A DNA stretch of 64,000 bases. Origin: an uncultured Planctomycetota bacterium (lineage in GTDB: Bacteria > Planctomycetota > Planctomycetia > Isosphaerales > Isosphaeraceae). The stretch is from positions 992,001-1,056,000 of the forward strand of contig CAWGMQ010000011.1 in assembly GCA_963823665.1 (NCBI GenBank), given 5' to 3'. Position numbers and translations under genes: made by a program. The notes under the pieces were generated by a model. The model did not search any database and had not been told where the DNA came from. It saw only the letters and a list, made by a program, of their open reading frames with translations. Shown piece after piece: positions 55,271-64,000 of the stretch. Numbering within the stretch: the first letter of the stretch is position 1; each line of letters starts with the position of its first letter.

Positions 55271-56485
55271 CGACCATTGTTCTGGGCCGTCGCCTCAGGC
55301 AGTGATTTGATCGGGTGGGCTGCCTCGTCGCGGCGCGGGGGTGTCGGTTGACGCCCGCCGGCGGGTTGGATGAATGGCGCCGACGAACCGAGAGGCTCAC
55401 GGACTGGACGGACACCCTGGAGGCGGGGGTCGCGTTGGGTGTTTTTTCCGTTTTTTGGCCGCGGCGCGCGAACCTGAGGTTCAAGTAAGCCGCGTGCGCG
55501 ACGGAGCGCTTGCCTCAACTCGGTATAACCCCGAGCTGGTCTACAGTCCTCTCGTCTCTTCAAAACCGGTCGGCGAGTGCTTCGAAGCCCGATTGCATGC
55601 AGAGTGGTTTTCAGGCGGTCTTTCTTCCCAGTTTGGAATGGAGCCACTCATGATCACTCTGCTGCGCAAACGTATGCACCACGAGACCGGCAAGCCACTT
55701 CGCCGCGCCGAAGTTCGCTGGTGCTGCGCGCCCAGGTCGCTTATGGAGCGCCCCGATCCACTTTCCCAACCAGAATCGCCATCGATTCCTCGCCGAGCAC
55801 GCCGCTCCTGCCCCACCCAGCACGCCCCGGCGCCATCGCGACCCCCTCGGTTCCCGCCGTTGACCCTCGATCACCTATTCTCGTGTCGAACCGTTTCCCT
55901 AACATCAGGTTGCGGGGCGCGCTCAACGGGCTTCTTGAACCGGGATTTGAGATTCGGCTTCGCGAACTCAAATCCTCATTGGGATTCGATCGAGCTGATC
56001 GTTGCATCCGTTGCAACCCGGATAAAAATCCCAGGTTTTCTGGTCGACGAAATGGCCGAATCGCGAAAGTGGGCCCATAATATACATAGCTCTTTCTCGA
56101 TCGCCGACACCGGAGTCGGCGCGAGGGGCGAGCCACCCATGTCTCTGGAACCGGGAATGACTGCTCCGTTTGCTCGAGCGCGTGCTCGAGGAACTCAGGC
56201 CGGTGTGATCCTCGCTTTACCGCGGCAACGAAGCGGCTGGTCTGCGCTTGCAATGGGGGAACAGTTCCCGACGAAAAGCTGTCAAGTTTGTGCTGTGGCG
56301 ATCGCGGGACAGGTTTGGACCAGGGTGAGGGCGGGTTTTCACCCGGTGGGCCGGGGCATCGTTGTGCGGGCTTGGCGGCGTTATCCTCTTTGTTTCTCAG
56401 CATTTCCGTGCTGCTCAGGGGCATTTCGGCCTGCCATCGCGCGGGGCTCCCAACGGCAATAAGAATGGGACTGTTTTTGGAGTCA

Positions 56486-58450
56486 GGAGTTCCATTCAAC
56501 GGGTCGAGCCGCGTACGGCCCCCTCACGGCCCGTGAACTTGGGTCGAGAAAGGTCTGGCTTGGTTTACCTCATTATGTCGACGTTGCCATATGGCGACGC
56601 GCGTCAGTGGCCGTTGGCACGTTGGTGCTCTTAGCCCGACATTTAGCATGGTCCGAGAGGCTTCGACCTTGTCATTGGTGACTTGCCATGCCGGGTTTTT
56701 CCGGCGTGGTATTGATCCCGTTGGGGAGACTATTTCGTTCCCGATACCCCTCTTGGCTCGCGGCGCCTTGTCGTTTCACCACACCTACCCGCGAAGCGGA
56801 GAGATCCCATGCTTGTCCCCCACGAAGAGCCGAAGAAGCCACGCAAGCCCAAGAAGCCGAGCAAACCCAAGGAGCCGACCAACAAGCCGCGGGTCAGGTC
56901 GCTTCCCGTCCCCGTCCCCGCCTCCTCTGCACCGCTCAGTGTCGTGAATCCAGACGCAGCCGGAGTTGATGTTCATTCCGACATGCATATGGTCTGCGTT
57001 CCCGCTGACCGCGACGTTGACCCAGTCCGCCAGTTCGGTGCCAACACCGCCGATCTTCAGGAGATCGCTGTGTGGTTAAAGAAATGCGGCGTAAAAACCG
57101 TCGCGTTGGAATCCACCGGCATTTACTGGATTCCTCTGTTCGAGCTCCTCGAATCCCAGGGCTTCGAGGTTATGCTAGTCGAACCGGGACAGCTTTCGCG
57201 TTGTGGCGCGCGCCCCAAGACGGACGTACTCGACGCGCAGTGGATCCAGCGGTTGCACTCCTACGGCCTCTTACGTGGGTCGTTCCGACCTCCGGACTCC
57301 GTGTTGGCCCTGCGCGCCTACTCCCGGCAACGGCAGATGCTGGTGCGTTACGCCGCTGCTCATGTCCAACACATGCAGAAGGCCTTGGAGCAGATGAACG
57401 TCAAACTGACGGAAGTCATGAGCGACATCACGGGACTGACGGGCATTTCGATCATCGACGCCATTCTGCGAGGCCAACGCAATCCCAAGAAGCTGGCCAA
57501 ACTGCGGCATGGGCGCTGTAATCACAGCGAGGAGCAGATTGCCCTAGCGTTGGAAGGGACATGGCGGCCCGAACATCTCTTCGAGCTGCGGCAGGCGCGC
57601 GAGCTGTACCAGTTCCATCATGGGCAGATCACCGAGTGTGACCAGCAGATTGAAGCCGAACTGGCCAAATTCGAAAACCGGGCGGGAGAGAAGACACAAA
57701 CTGGTAAGCCACGCACGCGTGGTCGCAAAAGCAACGATGCCCGATTCGAGGCGACGGGCCCGTTGTTCCAGGCATTGGGTGTAGACCTGACAAAAATCGA
57801 GGGAATCGGCGTGGGAACGGCCCTGATCATTCTGGCCGAAATCGGTGTGGACGTCAGTCGGTTTCCCACGGAGAAGCACTTCGCAAGTTGGCTGCGTCTT
57901 TGTCCTTCCCAGGATGAGAGCAATAAGACCAAAAGACGTCGCGGTCATCGCCAAGGGAAGAACCGAGTCGCTATCGCCCTACGGATGGCCGCGCAGTCAG
58001 CAGGCAAGACGATGACACCCTTGGGCATGTACTACCGACGGATCAAAAGTCGGATCGGTGGACTTGGAGCCGTCAAGGCGACTGCACACAAGCTGGCCTG
58101 TTTGGTCTACAGGATGCTCAAGTACGGCGAAGAGTATGTGACCCAGTCGATGGAGGAGTACGAGGCCAAGATCAAAGCCAATCTGGTGAGAGCGCTCCAG
58201 CGGAAGGCGGCGGCGATGGGCTTCCAGCTCAGTCCGATAGCAACGCTATAGAGGAATCGATCGAGGCCGTCGCCATCGCGCTACAGGCCTGTCACAATGC
58301 TCAACGCCGCGAAGCCCACTTCTCGCATATTCGTTGTTATGGGGGTCTGGGGGAAATCTGCGCGTCGTTCGCTACAAAATGCAGGAACAAACCCCAAATA
58401 ATCGAGTCATGTTGTTGATTGCTTGGGGAGTTCATGGGGAGTTCCATTCA
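56486..58450 (+). mobile_element. IS110-family insertion sequence (boundaries inferred)
   Basis: Transposase CDS with non-coding ends, bounded by direct repeat GGAGTTCCATTCA at 56486 and 58438. Confidence 0.8.
56809..58251 (+). CDS. IS110-family DEDD recombinase/transposase
   Basis: AGVDVH, LESTGIYW, KTDVLDA, IEGIG, FASWLRLCP..ES, ATAHKLA. Confidence 0.95.
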   Translation: MLVPHEEPKKPRKPKKPSKPKEPTNKPRVRSLPVPVPASSAPLSVVNPDAAGVDVHSDMHMVCVPADRDVDPVRQFGANTADLQEIAVWLKKCGVKTVALESTGIYWIPLFELLESQGFEVMLVEPGQLSRCGARPKTDVLDAQWIQRLHSYGLLRGSFRPPDSVLALRAYSRQRQMLVRYAAAHVQHMQKALEQMNVKLTEVMSDITGLTGISIIDAILRGQRNPKKLAKLRHGRCNHSEEQIALALEGTWRPEHLFELRQARELYQFHHGQITECDQQIEAELAKFENRAGEKTQTGKPRTRGRKSNDARFEATGPLFQALGVDLTKIEGIGVGTALIILAEIGVDVSRFPTEKHFASWLRLCPSQDESNKTKRRRGHRQGKNRVAIALRMAAQSAGKTMTPLGMYYRRIKSRIGGLGAVKATAHKLACLVYRMLKYGEEYVTQSMEEYEAKIKANLVRALQRKAAAMGFQLSPIATL

Positions 58451-58694
58451 CGTATACTTATCTGTAAGGCGCGAAGTATGGCTCGGGGGTTTGACTGCGG
58501 TGCGCGAGAGGAGACGGTGAACTTGCGCTGCGAGAAACTGGTTCGACGCAATTGCGGGCTGGAGGAGTCAGACACGATGTTACAACGCGGATGGCGCAGT
58601 GCGTGCGTCGAGAGTAGGGCCGAGGATGGACCACGGAGCACCGGAGAGAAGCTGGAACCTTTGGGTTGGCGGGAGGCAGAGAATGACGGCGGGC

Positions 58695-58717
58695 GGCACA
58701 CGGAGTGTGCCTGCTAC
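58695..58717 (-). repeat. GTAG-family REP: GTAGCA-GGCACAC-TCC-GTGTGCC
   Basis: 5' GTAG tetranucleotide followed by a perfect 7-bp hairpin. Confidence 0.7.
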
Positions 58718-59136
58718 AAAGGCGCGGCGGTTACGGTTTGTGTGGCACTTTCAGGGCGAATCAGCCGTTCCCGTAACCCTTACGGCGTAAGGACGCGCGA
58801 CGAATGTACAAAACGAAATCGGTGGAGGGTGGTGGGCATGAGCTCGGATAGAAGCACGAGTCGGCAGACCGTGACACCGACGCGTGCGGTGCGATGCCAA
58901 CTATTGTCGTGGCGACCGCTATCCTCACAAATATTCGCCAGCGTCGCTGGGACTACCAAAAGTAGCGTCCGAAGGCGTTGCTTGTCTCGTTGATCTGGAT
59001 CAGCGCTGTTCGCTTGGCGAAGAAACCAAAAAAATTTACGCTGGGCGAAAGTTCGATCGGGAATCCACAAAGGTCGGGCAAGATAGCCAAAAGAGCGAAC
59101 CGTTTGATTCTCGTTTGATGGTTCTGGAAAGAAAAG

Positions 59137-59164
59137 GGAACGATCGTCCGCACTGATGTACTCA
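59137..59164 (+). promoter_or_regulatory. Candidate ECF-type promoter GGAAC-N16-GTAC
   Basis: Motif and spacing ~40 bp upstream of the ECF gene. Confidence 0.4.
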
Positions 59165-59201
59165 TAGGATAAACAGCCAGGAATTCGGAGAGCCATAAAA
59201 A

Positions 59202-61514
59202 ATGTCCAGTATCCGTCGCGGAGCGGTAGTCAATTCGATTCAACGACTCTTCGATGAAGGCACGGTCGTTTCCCTTGGCGAGCGACAGCTCCTCGATCGC
59301 TTTCTCACTCGAGCGGACGAGTCGGCATTCGAGGCGATCGTCGGGCGGCACGGTCCAATGGTGCTGAGCGTTTGCCGGCATGTGCTGGCTGACGAGCACG
59401 ACGTCGAAGACGCCTTTCAGGCGACATTTCTCGTTCTGGTCACGAAGGCCGGTTCGATTCGTGACCGCGACGTACTGGGAACCTGGCTTTACGGAGTGGC
59501 CCGCCGCGTGGCCGTTCGCGCCCAAACCAAGGCAAGGCGCAGGCAGTCGCGCGAGTGCCCGGGAGTGGAGGGAATTGACGTGCGGGATGATCGTTGCAAT
59601 CTGGTGGAATCGAACGAGATCCGCACGATGGTCGGCGCCGAGCTGGATCGTTTGCCGCAACGGTTGCGGGACCCGCTGATCCTTTGCGACCTCGAGGGCC
59701 GAACTCACGAGCAAGCTGCCCTCGAGCTTCGGTGCCCGGTCGGCACCGTCAAGAGCCGGCTGTCGCGAGGGCGCAAGCGGCTGCGTGCTCGGTTGGCCCG
59801 GCGTGGTCTGGCGACTCCTTCGCTCCTTCCCGGGCCGATGCTCGTCGGCGATCCGATGTCGGCCGTGCCCATCGACTTGCTCAGTCACACTGTGCGAGCC
59901 GCGACCCAGTGCGCGACCAAGAACCTCGTCAGTGGCGGGTTGATCACCGCTCGATCCGCTGCTCTCACAAAAGGAGTGATCCATACGATGGCGATGACGA
60001 AATTGAAGATCGCGATGGCCGCATGTTTGATAGCGGGTTTGACGGGCGCTGGTGGCTTAAGGGCCGTGAAGCTGATTCCCGCGCTGCCATCGCAGGGCGT
60101 CGCCTGGGCCGCCGGCCAGCCAGATCAGCAGGTGTCTGTCAAACCCGGATCGGAGACATCTCGGATCGAGAACGCCGAAGCGATTAGCGCTCGACAAGCC
60201 GGCCGAGAGCAGCCCACTCCGCAGCAAGGTTCTGTGCGGATTGATAAAACCGAGGCGCAGACACCTGTGGAACCCGGCTCCGAGCGATTCGTGCTCGACA
60301 ACGGCTTGACCGTCCTGCTCCGGCCGATTCGTGGCTCCACGTCGATCGCCCTCACTGTTCTCTATTCCATCGGCAGCGACCACGACCCTGCCGGGCGCTC
60401 GGGATTGACGCACATGGTTGAGCACCTCTATGTCACGGCGGCCGCCGGGCAGGAGAAGGCACGGACCGCCGAGGAATTCGCGCGGAGATACGCGCTGGGC
60501 GCCAACGCGCAGACCGGGCATCGCTACACGGTTTTCGCCGCGGTTTTCCCGACAAAAGCGCTCGAAGTCGAACTGCGAGACGCGGCCGCGAGGATGGGCG
60601 ACTTGCGGATCACGGCCGCGGATCTGGATCGCGAACGGCCGCGATTGCTCGAGGAAGTCGACAACATGTTCGGTGCCATGCCGATGCTCGGTGCGCTCAA
60701 CAGCGCCCGCGAGCTGGTACGTCCGACCTCCGCGGGTGGGCGAGCCGGCGGCTCGCCTGAGCATCTTCGCGCGCTGAAACCGGAGGAGGCTCGGGCATAC
60801 TGGCAGCGTTATTACAAGCCTCGCAGCGCGATCCTCGCGCTGGCGGGCGACATTGATACGGCGCTGGTTCGAAAGGCGATCGAGGCCCACTTCGGCACGA
60901 TTCCCTCTGGCGAAAAGGCACCCTCGCCTCTCGAGCCCGAAAAACCGATCCTGGGAAAAACGCGCGAGCTGACGGTCAATGCGTTCGAGCCCGATGCGGC
61001 CTCGATTGCGTGCCTGGCATACGCCGCGCCCGAGCCCGGAAACGAGACTCTACGTGCCGTTTCTCGTGCTCGTGTCTCGGCTATGGGCCGCAGGCTCGAA
61101 ACTCGGCAACGACGGACCGACCGGCTCGCCGGTTTACTTCACGCCGCTCGATGACGGCAGCGTCGTCGCCATTTCTACAGAAGCGAGGCCGGGGGAGACA
61201 AGCGCTCAGGCGTTCTGCGCATCGAGGCCGTGGTCGCGGAAACCCTCGCGCCGAAGCTGCGGCCATTCGAGATCGCCGCCACCCGTCAGCAACTGGCACC
61301 GTTCTTGCTCAATCAACATCTTCCCGAGAACATTCTCTCCAAGAACATCTATGGCGTGGCGTTCTCGCTCGGCCGGCGCCGTCAGTTGGGAATCGATCCA
61401 GCCAAACTGGACAAGGCACTCGGTGCCGTGACCGAGCGGGACATTCGCCGGGCGGCGACGGAAATCTTCACACCTTCCCGTCATGCGGGGGCGTTTGTAT
61501 CCGTAAAGAAGTGA
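59202..61514 (+). CDS. ECF sigma factor fused to M16 (insulinase-family) peptidase (frameshifts ~61045 and ~61220)
   Basis: RHGPMV/DAFQATF/CPVGTVKSRL; hydrophobic linker; LDNGLTV, GLTHMVEH (HxxEH), YYKP...LAGD; sigma and M16 parts in one uninterrupted frame. Confidence 0.87.
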
Positions 61515-62041
61515 GCAGCCATTGTGCCGACGAGGCTGCCGTTTTGGATCGCGTTCCAGCCCTGGCGGTCAACCCAAGCCATTCTTCCGGTCATACGGCA
61601 CGATGTTTTCCCACTCGCTCGCGTCGGAGCGAGCAACCACGGCGACCACCGGCTCGGTCTCGCTCAGGTTGAACACCTCGTGCGGCACTCCAGGCTCGAT
61701 GTAGATGAAGTCGCCCGCCCCGTTCTCGATCGATTGCTTGCACCCTGGGCCATACTCGTGACGGACCCTGTCTTGGTTCACCGTGAAATGGAATTTCGTC
61801 CGATTGGCGTAAATGAATGGGGAACGGCATCGTGGCCTGGATGTCGCGGCATCGTGCCGCGAAGGTTTGTCGCATTGGTGCCAATCCCGGAGCTGTCGTG
61901 CTGCGATCGAGGAGAGACGCAGAGCCGAGGTATGCTCGGCTCTGGCTCCGGTCTTGGCCCCTGGCTCGGCGCTCGGGGTGCTCCTCAGCAGTGCCCTATC
62001 CTCCGCCCAGGTCAACATCGTTTGTAGCTCGTCCGCGATCT

Positions 62042-63011
62042 TCACGCAACCTCTTGTGACCCGTGTCTAACTGTTGCTCGACGCTCGCGCGCCTCCTCCA
62101 GCTTGCGGTCACGCTCAGCGAAGATTTCTTTTTCCAGCCCGATCAACTTGTCGGCTGGGGTCAAATAACCTAACGCGCTATGCAACCGTATATTATTGTA
62201 GTGATCCACATATGATGCAATGTGACGTAGAGCCTCATCGAACGAAGACACCGCCGCTGGCCGTACGCACTCGCGTTTCAAACTGCCGTGCCAGCGCCTC
62301 AAGTTTTCCGTTCGATTGCGGATAATACGGGCTCGTCCGAACGTGCGTTATGCCCGTCAGCCGGATGAATTCCTTGAAATCCCGGGCAATGAACTGCGGG
62401 CCATTGTCACTGATGATCCGTGGCTTTTCTCCTGGATGCCGCTCCAACGCCCGCTGGATGATTGTCTCGACTTCGCGCTCGGTCATGCTCTCACGAATCT
62501 CCCAGTGCACAATGTATCGGCTGCAACCGTCCAGCACGCTCGTCAGGTAGTAAAACGTCCCCGAGACGTTGATGTAAGAGATGTCCACATGCCAGTGTTC
62601 ATGAGGCACCAGTGGTTGCACGAAGCCGGTTCCCTTCTTCGACGGTGAGAACCGCCTGCGATCGAGCCGGTTCGCTTGCTTGAGCACGCGATAGACGCTC
62701 GCTGGGCTGACGGCCACCACGTCGTCGTCGAGCATCATGAAGGTCAAGCGGCGATATCCTTCGAGAGGATGGCGATCGTGAAAATCGACGATGGCTCGTT
62801 TTTCCCAGTCCTCGAGCCACCAATCGCGCGGGACCTTGCCGTTGTGCTCGTTGACTTTGCCGTAACGGTGCTTCCAGTCGTGGAACTTACTTGTGCCCAG
62901 GCCGAGCCAACTCAGGAGCTGACGAGCCGGAAGCTCCGTGCGGTCGACCCAATGCTTGACGTAGTCGACGACCTGGTCACGCGTGTCGTGGGGAACCCAG
63001 GCTCCGTTCAG
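62042..63011 (-). CDS. IS3 OrfB DDE transposase (extra frameshift ~62300)
   Basis: WHVDISY, VLDGCSRY, ISDNGPQF, PQSNGKLE, YNNIRLHSALGYLTP. Confidence 0.9.
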
Positions 63012-63032
63012 AGTTCCCCAAGTTCTTTTTTT
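62989..63032 (-). other. Programmed -1 frameshift signal (AAAAAAAG followed by a hairpin)
   Basis: Slippery run at 63025-63032, then stem TGGGGAAC...GTTCCCCA. Confidence 0.85.
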
Positions 63033-63325
63033 AGCTGGACGTGCTCCTGCATCAGCTCGGCGATGACCTCGTTCTTCTTGACGAGACTGGATTGGAGCCG
63101 CTCGACGAGCTTCGCTTGAAGCCGCTCTGCGCGGGGCGGACGGCCTGCTGCGCGCTCCAAAGCATGCTCGGCCTGGTCGAGTACCTGCTTAATCCAGTTG
63201 TGGATCTGGCTGGGTTGAAGGCCGAACTCATCGGCCAAGTTGGAAACAGGCTCTTTGCCACTGATATGGCGACGGACGATTTGAGCCTTTTGCGGCGCTG
63301 AGAAATGCCGGCGCGACTGTCTCAT
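63008..63325 (-). CDS. IS3 OrfA (HTH)
   Basis: RRHFSAPQKAQIV...VSNLADEFGLQPSQIHNW. Confidence 0.9.
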   Translation of the reverse strand: MRQSRRHFSAPQKAQIVRRHISGKEPVSNLADEFGLQPSQIHNWIKQVLDQAEHALERAAGRPPRAERLQAKLVERLQSSLVKKNEVIAELMQEHVQLKKELGEL

Positions 63326-63774
63326 GGAACTCACCTCCGATAGGGTTAATTATAACCCAACCGGCGCGACATTCTATTTTCAGGTGAGGCAGGACAGCCC
63401 GGCCTTCGAGGATATACAGCATCAGCTCGAATCCAACATGGATATGAGCATACGCAACGCCACCTGGGTGAATGGTCGCCACATTCATCGAGAGCTTCGT
63501 CGAGCCGACGTTCTTGGCGCTCATCCCCGCCTTGTACTGGATGTTGTTCCAGCTCCGGCAGTTGCCGGCGGACCGGATCACCCGGATCCCGCCGTCGCCT
63601 TCGACACACTCGCGCAAGTCGACCCCGGTTCGTTCGTCGAGAGGAGGCATCGCGTTCTTTCCCCGTTCGATCGCCGCAGAGCTACCGGGTGGGGCATCTA
63701 CGGACGACCCACCCGGATGGCCGGTTCGGCACAGCGATTGATTATAACGGAGAACTCGCGGGCCCGCGATCATC

Positions 63775-64000
63775 TCAGGCTTTGGAGAACGACAGGCCGG
63801 GATCATTCGGCGGGCCCCCCAGGACCTTGAACGTGAAATGGCTGTCATCAGTCCAGTGCACGTTGCCGACCATCGTGTTCGAGTTCTGGTCCTGCACGAG
63901 CGTCAAGATCTCGTTCTGGGAACTTGATTTACCGGCGAATGACTGCTCCTTGCCTCCCTTGGCCAAGTTCCAGACGAATCGGCCATCTTCCTGGAATGTC
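63775..64000 (-). CDS. C-terminus of a hypothetical protein (truncated by window edge)
   Basis: Open frame ...FVWNLAKGG...FTFKVLGGPPNDPGLSFSKA*. Confidence 0.7.
   Translation of the reverse strand, partial: TFQEDGRFVWNLAKGGKEQSFAGKSSSQNEILTLVQDQNSNTMVGNVHWTDDSHFTFKVLGGPPNDPGLSFSKA

Larger units (their letters stand above)
61769..63396 (-). mobile_element. IS3-family insertion sequence (1628 bp)
   Basis: TG...CA ends, imperfect 30-bp terminal inverted repeats (22/30 by hand), flanks ACCC/GCCC, orfA and orfB. Confidence 0.92.
61569..63650 (-). pseudogene. Cupin protein interrupted by an IS3-family element
   Basis: N-half ...AHIHVGFELMLYILEGR (63650-~63398) and C-half VRHEYG...GDFIYIEPGVPHE (~61768-61569) join cleanly. 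Confidence 0.9.

Noticed and set aside
55374..56462. 362-aa ORF
   Set aside because: No recognisable motif, atypical composition, equally long competing ORFs

Overview
GC-rich window that looks like a Planctomycetota (probably Isosphaeraceae/Singulisphaera-like) chromosome, judged from its DUF1559 prepilin-like gene, DUF1549/DUF1553 operon, ECF-sigma/Ser-Thr kinase pair and extended ECF sigma factors. Many recognisable genes are broken by 1-bp frameshifts, most likely long-read assembly errors. The main metabolic content is an apparently complete purine-to-glyoxylate pathway in two clusters: NCS1 permease, ade and xdhAB (16.7-26.7 kb), and allC, allE, a ureidoglycolate amidohydrolase-like gene, uricase, allB, uraD and uraH (38-44.5 kb). 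Mobile DNA includes an intact IS110 bounded by a 13-bp direct repeat with a candidate bridge-RNA region, an IS3-family element splitting a cupin gene, a decayed RAYT-like transposase and several REP-like repeats. The best candidate for an undescribed system is a GxxExxY (PD-(D/E)XK-type) nuclease gene preceded by three 84-bp repeats and followed by an inverted pair of the same ~30-bp motif; that motif also occurs 40 kb away. Other notable items are an alpha/beta-hydrolase-S8 protease fusion and an ECF sigma factor-M16 peptidase fusion. All family assignments come from recognising motifs by eye; no database search was run.
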